Source: a virus. From it: 64,000 nucleotides of DNA. The notes beneath the pieces are model-generated. The model was given only the letters and a program-made list of their open reading frames with translations. It made no database searches and had not been told where the DNA came from. Shown here in pieces: positions 18,826-29,600 of the stretch. Each line of letters opens with the position of its first letter. The stretch's first letter is position 1. The stretch is taken from the IMG/VR virus record IMGVR_UViG_3300045988_125651; one strand, given 5' to 3'. The translations under genes were made by a program, and so were the position numbers.

Positions 18826-18926
18826 AAAAACGGACGCAAAAAATCGGGATATTCGCAAGCGTAAACTAAAATATGTAGATACCCGGAAAAGGTAAAGGAT
18901 AATACACCTTATTATATATAAAAAAT

Positions 18927-19688
18927 ATGGCAGAAGAAAATAATGAAATCAAGACCGAAGCTCAGTCGCAAGCAGCGGCTACAGCTCCACCCGTAGACGA
19001 CCGACCCAACCGCAAGGCTTTCTCCGAGCGTTTCTCTAAACGTCATAAGGACATCGACTTTGAGGATAAGGAGGCTCGCTATGGTGCTATGAACGACGAT
19101 GCCGACGCTCTCTCTCGCTACGAGGAGGATGGCAAGGCTCTCAGCGAAATGTTCGACAACAACCGTTGGCTCGCAGCTATGGCTATGGACCTTAAGAAGA
19201 ATCCCGACCTTAACCCTATCGAGTGGATGGCTTCTCAGGGCATCGACATCGGTGCTGCTATGCAGGACGAGAAGATAGGCAAGGAGGTGGCTCAGCAGAT
19301 TGCCGACTTTCAGCAGAAGAAGGCCGATGAGGAAAACCACGAAAAAGAACTTGTTGCCAACCTCCAAAAGTCGGCCGATGCTATGGACGAACTTGGTCTT
19401 GACGACGACGCTAAAGCCGACCTTTGGGAGAGTTTCTTCAAGGTTATCGGCGACGCTGAGGATGGTATAGTCTCCACCGAGACGTGGCAGCTCTTCAAAA
19501 ACGCGCAAAACTACGACGCTGACGTGGCTTCGGCTCGCGAGGAGGGTGCTATGCAAGGACGTAACGAAAAGATTCAGAACAGGGTCAAGCGTTCCGAAAA
19601 GACCGAGATCCCGCCTTCTCTCAGTACTAACAGTGGTGTGTCGCCCACCAAAAAGAAGTCCAGTGGCTTCTGGGATGGTCTGGTTTAA
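18927..19688 (+). CDS. Scaffolding-like protein
   Basis: Acidic, helical 253-aa protein immediately upstream of the capsid candidate. Confidence 0.45.
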   Translation: MAEENNEIKTEAQSQAAATAPPVDDRPNRKAFSERFSKRHKDIDFEDKEARYGAMNDDADALSRYEEDGKALSEMFDNNRWLAAMAMDLKKNPDLNPIEWMASQGIDIGAAMQDEKIGKEVAQQIADFQQKKADEENHEKELVANLQKSADAMDELGLDDDAKADLWESFFKVIGDAEDGIVSTETWQLFKNAQNYDADVASAREEGAMQGRNEKIQNRVKRSEKTEIPPSLSTNSGVSPTKKKSSGFWDGLV

Positions 19689-19735
19689 AAGTAAAACACA
19701 TTTTATTATTTATTAATTTCTAAAATATCAATTAA

Positions 19736-21421
19736 ATGAAACACTATCGGTTTATTAATTTTATTAAAAGCGGACATTTCCTTACTTGGCTCTTACTCAT
19801 GCTTCTCTCCGTTGTAACTGGCGGCTCGTCGCTCATGGCTGTTGCCGACAACGTTGCGCCCCAGATTGGCGATGAGGGCAACACTCCCGCAACCGCTGCA
19901 GAGGTTGCTGAACACGAACACGTTGAGGCTGGCAAGAGCGACCTCAATAGTCCCGGTGGCAAAAAGGATGGTCAGGATTTGACGGGAACTCAGGCTTCAT
20001 CCACCCAGCTCAAAGAGGGTGGCATGATTGATGAGGAGTGGGACAGAAACATCGTAAAGTTCTATCCATACAAGACTCCGCTTCTCAGTATCGCCCGACA
20101 GGTTGCCTCTAAGGTTCCTATCAAGAACTGGACTGCCAAACACATGCGCATCGGTGGCGAGACTCTCGACGGTAAGACTACTGCCGAAATCACTGGTGGC
20201 GACACCATCGAGCTTAACTCTACCAACTTCTCTGGTTCTCTCCGTCCGTTCTACAAGTGTTCTACTGTCTTTGTTCCCGATGTTGAGGGTTACAAGGAGG
20301 GTTCTAACACCGAGCACGAGGGTATTCTTCAGCTCTATGTTATCGAGTCTAACGGCAAGAAGGTCGTTCTCCAGGCTACCAACGGCAAGGCTAAAAACAA
20401 TGGTACTCCAGCCGACGACCTTGACAGTATGACCTGCCCGGACATTCCTTCTGGCTCTGTCTTACTTGTTGGCGCAACTGCCGCAAGCGAGTCTCAGCTT
20501 ATGGTTCCTCCTGAGAACATGCAGCCTCGCGAGAAGGAGGTTTGTGTTCAGAAGAAGCTTCTCAACATTCTATTTACTACCGACTTCGAGAAGGTACAGA
20601 CCAAGGTACCTATCTCCGTCAACGACCTCAAGGCTGACGCTATCATGAAGTACAACCTCCGCGCCGAGCGTTCTTATTGGTTTGGCTCTAAGCGACGCAT
20701 TAAGACGCTCACTGAGGATGGTGCTGTTGAGGATGTTTACTTTGCCGAGGGTATCTTGCCTCAGATTACCAATAAGTATGCTATTGGCGACGTTCAGGAG
20801 TGGGCCGACTGGATTGCTCTCTCAAAGCTCCAGTTTACAGAATTTGCAGAAAATAACCATGCTTACGTCTTCGCTGGTAAGAACTTCATCGAGCGCATGG
20901 AGAAGATGAAGATTGACAAGGATGGCAAGAACGACATCATCAATCACGACGAGTTCGACCTTTCCTTCAAGCGTATCAAGGACACCTTCGGTAAATTTGA
21001 TGTTGTTTGGGATCAGACTCTCGACCTTATGCACATGGCGGACTTTGCCGTTATCGTCGACCTTAAGGCGAGTCGTCGCTACGTTCGTGTTGCCAACAAG
21101 GAGCGCACCAACGACATGTCTAAGGGTGCAGGTGCTATCCGCGACGCTAAGCGTTGGATTCACGAGGAGGCCGATTGTATCGCTCTCCGTGGCTACAACT
21201 CTATACTTGTTGGTCCTGAGGAAAAGATTTCTAAGCTTGGCGGGTCCACTCTTACCACTATCATCTCTGCTCCCAAACTCCCCGCAACTCCGTCAGCCGG
21301 CATGAAGGTTGCCCTTACCGAGGACTACGTCTCTGGCGATGTTCAGTACGACAAGGGTACCGTCTACTACTACAACGGCACCAAGTGGGAACTCTACAAG
21401 GGTCAGGACGTAGCAGCCTAA
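19736..21421 (+). CDS. Major capsid protein (putative)
   Basis: 561-aa ORF after the scaffold-like gene, followed by a strong hairpin. The start is uncertain (a later Met lies in the MAVADN segment). Confidence 0.55.
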   Translation: MKHYRFINFIKSGHFLTWLLLMLLSVVTGGSSLMAVADNVAPQIGDEGNTPATAAEVAEHEHVEAGKSDLNSPGGKKDGQDLTGTQASSTQLKEGGMIDEEWDRNIVKFYPYKTPLLSIARQVASKVPIKNWTAKHMRIGGETLDGKTTAEITGGDTIELNSTNFSGSLRPFYKCSTVFVPDVEGYKEGSNTEHEGILQLYVIESNGKKVVLQATNGKAKNNGTPADDLDSMTCPDIPSGSVLLVGATAASESQLMVPPENMQPREKEVCVQKKLLNILFTTDFEKVQTKVPISVNDLKADAIMKYNLRAERSYWFGSKRRIKTLTEDGAVEDVYFAEGILPQITNKYAIGDVQEWADWIALSKLQFTEFAENNHAYVFAGKNFIERMEKMKIDKDGKNDIINHDEFDLSFKRIKDTFGKFDVVWDQTLDLMHMADFAVIVDLKASRRYVRVANKERTNDMSKGAGAIRDAKRWIHEEADCIALRGYNSILVGPEEKISKLGGSTLTTIISAPKLPATPSAGMKVALTEDYVSGDVQYDKGTVYYYNGTKWELYKGQDVAA

Positions 21422-21440
21422 AGATTATTTTATTTCCGTA

Positions 21441-21489
21441 AAGCCCTCGCTGAGCAACGGCTTTGCTCGCTAATGTCTCAGCGAGGCTT
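21441..21489 (+). terminator. Long hairpin after the capsid gene
   Basis: CCTCGCTGAG / CTCAGCGAGG 10-bp stem with flanking extra pairs. Possible terminator or attenuator. Confidence 0.4.
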
Positions 21490-21511
21490 ATCTTTAAAAT
21501 ACCAAAACGCA

Positions 21512-21931
21512 ATGATTAAGATATATAGATTAAAAGAGGCACTAAACAATAGCCATCATACTCTCGTTGGTGCAGGTGGCAACAAGGTTCACTACGAGTT
21601 CACAGGTGGTAATATCATTACAGGCACTTGTCCCGAATTATCTCTTAAGGGCAAGTATTATCAAGACCTTCTTGAGAGCAGTAAGCTTTTCAAGTCTGGT
21701 ACTGTGGTGTTGATCCGCGAAATCAAAACCTCCGACGACAAAGACCCCGTTCCTACTACTAAGCCGACCCCCGAGAAGAACCTGGATAGTGTCGATTCTG
21801 TCACCACCCCCGACGAGCTTCTTGTCTACGTCAACACCAACTACTCCAAGAATTTCACCAGTCCTGCCAAGGCTCTCGCTTTTGCAGCTAAGGAACGCAT
21901 CGTCTTCCCCAAACTGTCCCTTGGCGAGTAG
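21512..21931 (+). CDS. Hypothetical structural protein
   Basis: First ATG after the hairpin within track ORF 21473..21931. Confidence 0.4.
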   Translation: MIKIYRLKEALNNSHHTLVGAGGNKVHYEFTGGNIITGTCPELSLKGKYYQDLLESSKLFKSGTVVLIREIKTSDDKDPVPTTKPTPEKNLDSVDSVTTPDELLVYVNTNYSKNFTSPAKALAFAAKERIVFPKLSLGE

Positions 21932-21949
21932 TTTCTTAAAGCATTAGTT

Positions 21950-22618
21950 ATGACTATCTCCGAAATCATCAACAAAGTAAAATGGTGTATCGACCACGAG
22001 ACTCATGAGGATGCCAAGCTTGCCGACAACGGTGAGGACTCCTACATGGATAATATCATACGTGCCAAAATCAACGACGCACGCCGATGGCTCGCCGTAG
22101 CCACCTCCCAATCCACCACCCTCTCCTCATCTCCAAGCTCCTCATCCTCCACCAGTGTTACAACACTCACTATCACCCCCTATGATGGCTTTACCGACAT
22201 CGCCACCATCACCATCCCCTTGTCTCTTTCCACCGTCACCTTAACTCGCGTACGTCTCTCGTCATGGCACAAGGCTGCCATACCTATTCTCGACACCTCC
22301 GACGACGCCATGCTTATGTTCGACGACACTGCAAAGGGTACTGTCAACCGACCTCTCGCCACTGTCATGCAAGGCTCTCCCACGAGAATCCTTGTTCAGC
22401 CTTACACCTCTGCCGACACTGCCGAGATTGTCTATATCGGTATAGCTTCCGACATCGACACTTCTTCTGATGATACCACCGTAGATATTCCAACCATCCA
22501 CGAGTCTGCCTTCATCTACTACATTGCCTACCTCTTGCTTACCGCCTACCAAGACCCACGTGCGCAAGCAATGTTCGCTATCGCAGTCCAGCTGACAGGC
22601 TCCAAACAGTCCGTATAG
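21950..22618 (+). CDS. Hypothetical structural protein (Ser/Thr-rich centre)
   Basis: 222-aa ORF in the head-tail region. Confidence 0.4.
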   Translation: MTISEIINKVKWCIDHETHEDAKLADNGEDSYMDNIIRAKINDARRWLAVATSQSTTLSSSPSSSSSTSVTTLTITPYDGFTDIATITIPLSLSTVTLTRVRLSSWHKAAIPILDTSDDAMLMFDDTAKGTVNRPLATVMQGSPTRILVQPYTSADTAEIVYIGIASDIDTSSDDTTVDIPTIHESAFIYYIAYLLLTAYQDPRAQAMFAIAVQLTGSKQSV

Positions 22619-22620
22619 TT

Positions 22621-22899
22621 ATGTACACTCTCACTGCATCATACTCTCCCGAAGAGCTTGCCTGGATCACTCCCGAAGTTCAGTTTAAGCGTGACATCTA
22701 CCTCATCGTCACCCTCAAACGCCCTGGCAAACTCATCATCCGGCAACGTGTTTCCGATGGTTCCAATCCGCGCGTGCCTATCCGACGTCACAAAGATATG
22801 ACCTCCTTCAAGCTCCGCCTTACCATCCTCCCCGAAACCGTCGGTCTACAAATTTTCACATCTACCGAACCAAACGAAATTAAATATGCCTACATTTAG
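22621..22899 (+). CDS. Hypothetical structural protein
   Basis: 92-aa ORF, tightly packed with its neighbours. Confidence 0.4.
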   Translation: MYTLTASYSPEELAWITPEVQFKRDIYLIVTLKRPGKLIIRQRVSDGSNPRVPIRRHKDMTSFKLRLTILPETVGLQIFTSTEPNEIKYAYI

Positions 22900-23131
22900 A
22901 GAAGACCCTAAAATCGGTTCTAAGGTCCCATTAATCAAAACTGCCGACCTTAACGACAAGTCGGTCACTGAGAAGAAGCTCGCCGACGGAAGTATAACTA
23001 AGGATAAGATTGCCACTGGTGCAATAACAAAAGACAAACTCTCAGATGATATTCTGAATGGTATTGCGATTGAGAGAATAACAGAAAAAGAAATCGAAGA
23101 AATAGTAGGAGAGAAAGGAGACATAAAATGA
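22886..23131 (+). CDS. Small tail-fibre-associated protein
   Basis: LADGSITKDKIATGAITKDKLSDD repeat typical of fibre proteins. ATGA overlap with the next gene. Confidence 0.45.
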   Translation: MPTFREDPKIGSKVPLIKTADLNDKSVTEKKLADGSITKDKIATGAITKDKLSDDILNGIAIERITEKEIEEIVGEKGDIK

Positions 23132-23937
23132 ATAAGTTTGTAGATGATAAAGGACTTAAAAGATATACTGACAATATGAAACTTCTTCTTAAGAAGAAAG
23201 TTTCTAAGAAAAGACCTTATGGTCAGATAGTTATTAGTAAGTCAATAGATCCAACATCGTATAATTGGGGAACAATATATGCTTTTCGTGGACATCCGTG
23301 TATAACAATATGGAGTGATAATGAAGTTGAGACATTTAATATAATTATTCGTGATACTACGGATAAAGATGTAAGTAATACATATCAATCATCAGGAACA
23401 GTACTTACTAACACAAAAGCTAAATATGTTCATTTTATACACTTAATAGGATATCCAAATATTTCATGTGGTTTTAAAATGTTTACTCCATATACAAAGG
23501 GAGATACTACTATACATTTACAAGAAATTAAGATTCCAGCGGATAACCTTACTGGTACTTCAAAAAACTACAGTTGGGTTAATGGAAAACGTGTGACAAG
23601 TAAAAAAGGAACTTTTAAAATAGCTTGTGAAATTTTGAGATATAGATTTGGCGAGCTTCACCGGAATATTACTGATCTTAAAGTAAAGTCTTATATAACA
23701 AATGGAGTTATTGGAGTACCATATTGGAAGCATGGTGTATTTCGAGGTAAACCTTATAGAGATAAATTTCCTAATAAAAAGAAAAAATATACAAGATTTA
23801 CGAGAAAAACTTCTGGATTAGGTGGTGGTCTATGGCTTGTACGTTTCTATGATAGAAAAAGTAAGACATATATGAATGATGTAAAAGTATATGTAAGGAA
23901 AACTAAAGAAGGAAAGCTTATTTTCAAAAGGACATAA
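23128..23937 (+). CDS. Tail fibre / receptor-binding candidate (AT-rich cassette)
   Basis: The N-terminus MNKFVDDKGLKRYTDNMK is shared with 24122 and 24669. The body is K-rich and visibly more AT-rich than the flanks. Confidence 0.45.
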   Translation: MNKFVDDKGLKRYTDNMKLLLKKKVSKKRPYGQIVISKSIDPTSYNWGTIYAFRGHPCITIWSDNEVETFNIIIRDTTDKDVSNTYQSSGTVLTNTKAKYVHFIHLIGYPNISCGFKMFTPYTKGDTTIHLQEIKIPADNLTGTSKNYSWVNGKRVTSKKGTFKIACEILRYRFGELHRNITDLKVKSYITNGVIGVPYWKHGVFRGKPYRDKFPNKKKKYTRFTRKTSGLGGGLWLVRFYDRKSKTYMNDVKVYVRKTKEGKLIFKRT

Positions 23938-24121
23938 AAAATGGGTAGCGTTAGGCAAAGAGGATACTACACCACAAGGCATGTACTTCATCAACCGTCT
24001 AACTTACCACCCATTGCAAAGATACTATATAATATTCAGTTTTGCAAGAGTTTGAGTAACAAAATAAAGATAAAATATAAAGTTTAATAAACATTAGTAA
24101 TAAATTAACAAACAAACAATT

Positions 24122-24619
24122 ATGACAAAATTTGTAGACAGTTTAGGACTAAAAAGATTAGTCACAAAGATTAAGGAAGCAGTTAGTAAGGGAACCTGGT
24201 TGCCTGTGAAAAAAGGAGCTAACTTCTATTCTATTGAGGAGGGTTATGGTACTACAGCAAATGGATATGCATCTCTTGCAGAGGGTTACTGGACTAAGGC
24301 ACGTGGTAAAGCTTCACATGCCCAAGGTTCTTATAATTATGAGGATTTATCATTTATTGATACGGTTGGTGTAGGTAACAATGATTCTCATAAAAAAAAT
24401 GCTTCTGTTATATATGTAGGAAGAGATAACAATGAGGATATTAACCTAAGTGATCCTAAAAATGGCTACCAATATCTTCTTGGTGTAGGCGGATATCAAG
24501 GTAAAAATATTGCAGAAGGTATGAAGAGTGTGCAAGAAGTGATAGCAGACCTTGAAAAAGGAGTAGCAGCATCAGAGACTATGACTGTTGAGGAGATTAG
24601 GGAAATAATGAGTGCATAG
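24122..24619 (+). CDS. Tail fibre candidate
   Basis: N-terminus MTKFVDSLGLKRLVTKIK. It has repeats of the ANGYASLAEGYWTKARGKASHAQG type. Confidence 0.5.
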   Translation: MTKFVDSLGLKRLVTKIKEAVSKGTWLPVKKGANFYSIEEGYGTTANGYASLAEGYWTKARGKASHAQGSYNYEDLSFIDTVGVGNNDSHKKNASVIYVGRDNNEDINLSDPKNGYQYLLGVGGYQGKNIAEGMKSVQEVIADLEKGVAASETMTVEEIREIMSA

Positions 24620-24668
24620 AAATAAATGAAAAGATAAATAGTAACATAAAATTTTTAAACAAATCGTT

Positions 24669-25541
24669 ATGACAAAGTATTTAGACAAGGTAGGCCTTAC
24701 AGAGTATACTAAGCTTATGAAGGCTCATGTAGCAAAGAGTACATTGAAACTTGGTGAATCATCTGGTACGGCTTATGACGGAGCAAAGGGTAAGGCAAAT
24801 GCCGACTTCATCAATGGAGTGAAAAACGGTAACCTCGCTCTTGTGTCACCAGAAATCAGAGGCAGATGGAGTGTGTTCAACGCAGCTGGTACAGTAGTGG
24901 AATCAATGGGTTCATCATCAACCTCTCTGTCACTTGAAAACGGTTATCAAGCATCATGGACAGGCTCATTCTTATATCCAGCAGCAAAGGAAGGCCAGAA
25001 AGTTCCAACAAGTGTATCTGGTAATTGGACTGCACTTCCAGCAGCAAATACATCATCTGCAACATACACAACCCCTAAGAAGGTAAAAACTGACACCACC
25101 ATCTCTGCAACCATCGCAGCTGCCAAAACTGGTCTTATGGTTGTTGGTTCAGATGTAAAGCCTGCAAGTGGCAATGACACAAAGACAGCATCTGCAAGTG
25201 TACATTTCTATCATCGCCGTTATTTTGGTTTGGCTTCAGTATCAAATATAACAGCAGATGTTATAAAGGGTTTGAGTAAGACAGACCTTAATAATTCACG
25301 CACAGCAAAGCTTGAAGGTATTTCGGCAACAGATGCTCAGTACTATGTAATAGCTTATCCAAAGATAATGGGTGAGTTGACCAAGATAGTACAGAATGGA
25401 GCCACACCATTGCTGAATGGAGGTTTTGAAAAGAGTGAGGTAACAGTGACAAATGCAGCTGGTGCTTCAATAGTTTACTTGGTATACCGTACAGTAAACC
25501 CAGGAGCATTGAAGGATAACTCATTCCTGGATATAGCATAA
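24669..25541 (+). CDS. Tail fibre candidate
   Basis: N-terminus MTKYLDKVGLTEYTKLMK shared with its neighbours. Confidence 0.5.
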   Translation: MTKYLDKVGLTEYTKLMKAHVAKSTLKLGESSGTAYDGAKGKANADFINGVKNGNLALVSPEIRGRWSVFNAAGTVVESMGSSSTSLSLENGYQASWTGSFLYPAAKEGQKVPTSVSGNWTALPAANTSSATYTTPKKVKTDTTISATIAAAKTGLMVVGSDVKPASGNDTKTASASVHFYHRRYFGLASVSNITADVIKGLSKTDLNNSRTAKLEGISATDAQYYVIAYPKIMGELTKIVQNGATPLLNGGFEKSEVTVTNAAGASIVYLVYRTVNPGALKDNSFLDIA

Positions 25542-25574
25542 ATAATTGTTTAACATTAAAAACATAAAAAAGAT

Positions 25575-26600
25575 ATGGCATTAAAACAAGCAAATACGCT
25601 GGCTCCAAGTAATGTGTCAGCAACAGGTTTTGCCTTGGCAGACGCAAGACATATTGGAGGTCATAAAGTTGTAGCAAGTCTAACGGCTTTGTATGCATTG
25701 CAGGATTGGCAGCTGCTTAATCCTGGAGAAACAGACACAGCATTGGCATTAGGTCAGCAGTGGTATGTTAAGGGAATTGGTTTTTATAGACTGACCAACT
25801 GGGCTAATCGTAAAACATCAAGTGGTTGGATAAAGGAAGTAGATCCAAATAACATTGACACTACTCTGTTTCAGATTGTTTCTGCTCTTCCTACAAGTGG
25901 TATTAATAAGAATCGTATATATCTTGTAGCTTCGGCAAACAGAGACCCTAATGGTAAAAATATATATGCCGAGTATATCTATACTGGTGATACCTCAGCC
26001 ACCTATGACGCAACCAAGTGGGAGAAAATTGGTGAATATACACCAACAGTGGACCTATCTCCTTACATGAAGTTGGAGCAGAAGGGTGTGGCTAATGGTG
26101 TAGCTACATTGGATGCAAATGGCAAGGTTACTGATGGACAGTTGTGGGATGCAACAAGCGAGAATCATGGCTTGATGTCAGAAGAAGATAAGAAAATTCT
26201 TGATACAATCAATGATGAACTATATGCGGGTAAATACTCTGATGTATGTAAGTTTGATGATATATTTACACCTATTATAGATGTGGAGATACTTCAGAAT
26301 TCACTTGCTGAGTCTGTTGTAAACTATGATATTGTCTATCTTACAACTAAAAATATGTTTGTAGCAAGACATGAGGGTAAATATTATAATAACTGGGCGC
26401 ATAGAGCAGAAACCTTTGGTGACTCAAATACTCCAGTAGAAGGTAAATTGTATTTAAAGAAAGCAGGACAGATATCAGTGGCTGATTCGATTGCATCACC
26501 TACTTTATATACGGGTGATAGTAAAGGTCTCTATCCTCTTGCTAATCAGAACGATATTCAAGTAATGTCTAATGAGGAGATTGATGCTTTGTTTGCATAA
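25575..26600 (+). CDS. Tail fibre protein
   Basis: KGVANGVATLDANGKVTDGQL matches the common phage fibre motif. Confidence 0.6.
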   Translation: MALKQANTLAPSNVSATGFALADARHIGGHKVVASLTALYALQDWQLLNPGETDTALALGQQWYVKGIGFYRLTNWANRKTSSGWIKEVDPNNIDTTLFQIVSALPTSGINKNRIYLVASANRDPNGKNIYAEYIYTGDTSATYDATKWEKIGEYTPTVDLSPYMKLEQKGVANGVATLDANGKVTDGQLWDATSENHGLMSEEDKKILDTINDELYAGKYSDVCKFDDIFTPIIDVEILQNSLAESVVNYDIVYLTTKNMFVARHEGKYYNNWAHRAETFGDSNTPVEGKLYLKKAGQISVADSIASPTLYTGDSKGLYPLANQNDIQVMSNEEIDALFA

Positions 26601-26625
26601 ACATAAGCTATAACAAGTAAACAAA

Positions 26626-26655
26626 AGTGGTGGACCCTTTAGAAGGTTCACCACT
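26626..26655. terminator. Bidirectional terminator between convergent genes
   Basis: AGTGGTGGACC-ctttagaa-GGTTCACCACT, with an A-run before it and TTTTCTTTTC after it. Confidence 0.65.
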
Positions 26656-26666
26656 TTTTCTTTTCT

Positions 26667-29600
26667 TTATTCTATCCTATCCAAATCTTCTACAGCCTCC
26701 TGCATCTTTCTATTTATCGCCTCATTCACCGCCTCAACAACGGCCTTATCTTTAGCTCTTTTCAGAATCCTGCGCTTGGCAGCAATGTATCTATCAGCAG
26801 CCTCATATATCTTCAGCTTTCTTCCGTCCTTGCTCTGCGAGAGCTTGAACTTAGTTGCCGCATTATGAATATTCTTAGCAGTATCTGGTGTATTCGTCTT
26901 CATCTGCTGCATATTGTATTTCAGCCGTTCAAGTTCGTCAGCGTAGTTATACCACTTGGATTTAGTCCTCTGCATGTCATTACCCTCCTTCGGAGTATAG
27001 TTGAACACTCTATAGAATGGAATAGTATTCGGGTCTACTTTATCCCATTCCTTATTAAAGCCTTCTGCAAAGCCTTTATCATCCTTGATGCCCGACACGA
27101 CACCCTTCGCAAACGACTTGCCTGTTTGATACATTCTACCAATCGTGGCACCAGTTCCACCAGTATAACCCTCGACGATATGCTGCAATCCATAAGGAGC
27201 AGTAAAGAAGTCTACAGCATCAGCCATCATACCACTACCTTTCAAGTCCTCGTTCGTGCTGTCGATACCGTTGAAAGTCTTGTTAGCCCACTTATTGATG
27301 GTCATGTACACATCGTTCGTGCTGTCATAGGCGCGCTTCCATCTTGGAGCCTTGTCAAGATAATCTTTGTCACGGTATATTGGTCTGCCCGTCCAATCTC
27401 TGTTGAAAGCAAGTTCAAATTCTGGCTTCGCTATTGTCGGAATCACAGAGAGAGCAACATCTTCGCCCAACTCTTTTATTCCGCTCGATGGAGAATGATG
27501 TCCCAGGAAGTCTGAGGCAGGAACAAGCTGTGCCATCTGTCCGATAATGTCCCATCCTATTTGAACGTCACTCTTTAGGCTTTCGTCAACGACATACCCG
27601 GCTGCAATATCACCCAAGCCATAGAATGCTCTAAGCTCTATACCCATAGGTATAGTCTTGAACTTACCGCCTCCCCAATATATACATATATTATTGCGAC
27701 GTTTCCATTCTGGCAATTCCGCGTATGGATTCTTTACGCCATTGCGTTTTTTCTCGTCCTCTCTACCAATACGCCATAGATTGAATAATGCAACAGCAAG
27801 ACTCAGTCCAAAAGGCATTGCGCCAAAAGCAATCGCGGTTGTTTTTGTATTATTGTAAAGATTCTTGGCAAAAAGGTTTGCACCCTGCACACCTGCATTA
27901 TAGAACATAGTGTGATTCTTCATCCAACTGTTGAACCATCCTACAGGCTTTCTGAATGCAGTATCCGTCTTTCCATCATACCCTGTCTTCAAGCTCTTTA
28001 TTGCATCGCCCGAACCATGACGGTTGAAGTTTGAAGAAACCTCCTTAGCGTCATAGATACTCTTGCCTATGCTTCTACCGCGCTTTCTTGATACACAGTA
28101 AGTGGAGTAGCGAGCTACGTTTTCTACAACCTCATTCGCCAATTCGATGAACGCACCGCCTTCTTTCAGCTTTTTCATAAGCCATCGGTCGCCTTCTTTA
28201 TTTCCTGTCTTTACAAGGTTCTCATATTCTTTTATTATGTCCTCGTATTTCTTTAACGAAACAAAACCTGTCTCACCGCCATTGTCCATGAACTCCTTAA
28301 ACCAACGTTCTTTCTGATTGTTTGCATCCAAGCGTCCATCCTTGTAGCGTCTGAACATTCCAAGATAACCGCCATCAAAGCCGCCATCCTTTCGTCTTAC
28401 CATAGACCCCCAGTTTTTCGCATACTCCATGCAGAAGTCCCAAGTATAACCCATTCCTTCCTTTACCACCAAGTTTGCCGACCCAGCGGTCAGGTCTCGT
28501 ACAAGGTTTGAAGACACAAAGTCCGGATTAAGCGAAGTGTTCAACTGGGCGCAATATCTGTTCAGTTTTGCCGACTGTTCCGTTGCCCAATGTTGTGTGC
28601 CCGAGTCTCTGAGCAATCCATTAATAGCTTGTGCTGCTCTTGGGTTTCCCTGGCAAACAAATCTGCGCACTCTGCCGTTCACGTATACATTAACTATATG
28701 TTGGTTCATGTCGCTGCTGCGCTCAAACTTATAGCCAATGTCGCTTTTCCTTCTCGCTATCTTTGCCTCGCCATGAGCTTGCTTTGCCTTCATGGTGTCC
28801 TCAAAGGTGTTCAATATATCGTTGATCTGCTCTTGGGTTGAGTTTTCGGGAATGTTCGGCATTACTTCCTCCCATACCTCATTACCGTCAACGGTATGCT
28901 TCTCCACCCAAGGCTGAATCTCCACGAATATTCTATCCTTAGCGTCCCCCTTCTCATAGGCTTCCACAAAGCGCATGAAGTGTTGTTTCTCCACATTCTT
29001 GCCACCGTTCAATATGGACGATTTTGCCAAGGCTGATATTTGTGCCAATACGTTCACGTCACTAAGGCTCTCACGTCCTCTTGCCTTTTCAATCACAGAA
29101 CCTATGTAGTTCTTTGTGTCGCTACCCGATATGTAGCCGTACACATCTTCGGCAACTGTATCGTCGAATTTTCTTAATGGAACATACCAGTCGAACATTT
29201 CTTTCAAATGGTCTCTTCCGTTTTTATCCATGAATCCGTTGGCATACACTTGGTCTATAGTGAAGTCGGTAGCTTTCTTCTTGGCATCCCAAAAGCTCTT
29301 CACCAAGTCTGCCCCAAGCTGGCTTTCCGTGCTCATCACCTCGTCTATAACGTTGGCATCGTCATACTCCTCGCCTTTCTTCACGTCATAGATTCCGTGC
29401 ATACCCGAATAGTCATGCTCCTCAGCCTTGAAGTCCTTGTCCAAGTTCTGCACAATCCACTCGTCCATCTGACGATAATACTCTCTCAAGTCTATCTGTC
29501 CAGAGTCAAGCTTCTGTCTAAGGTCGCTTCTCTCGCCCTTCCAAGCAGTCTCCAAAGCATCAATACTATCGGATTCTTCACTCTTCACTTTTCGTTCTTC

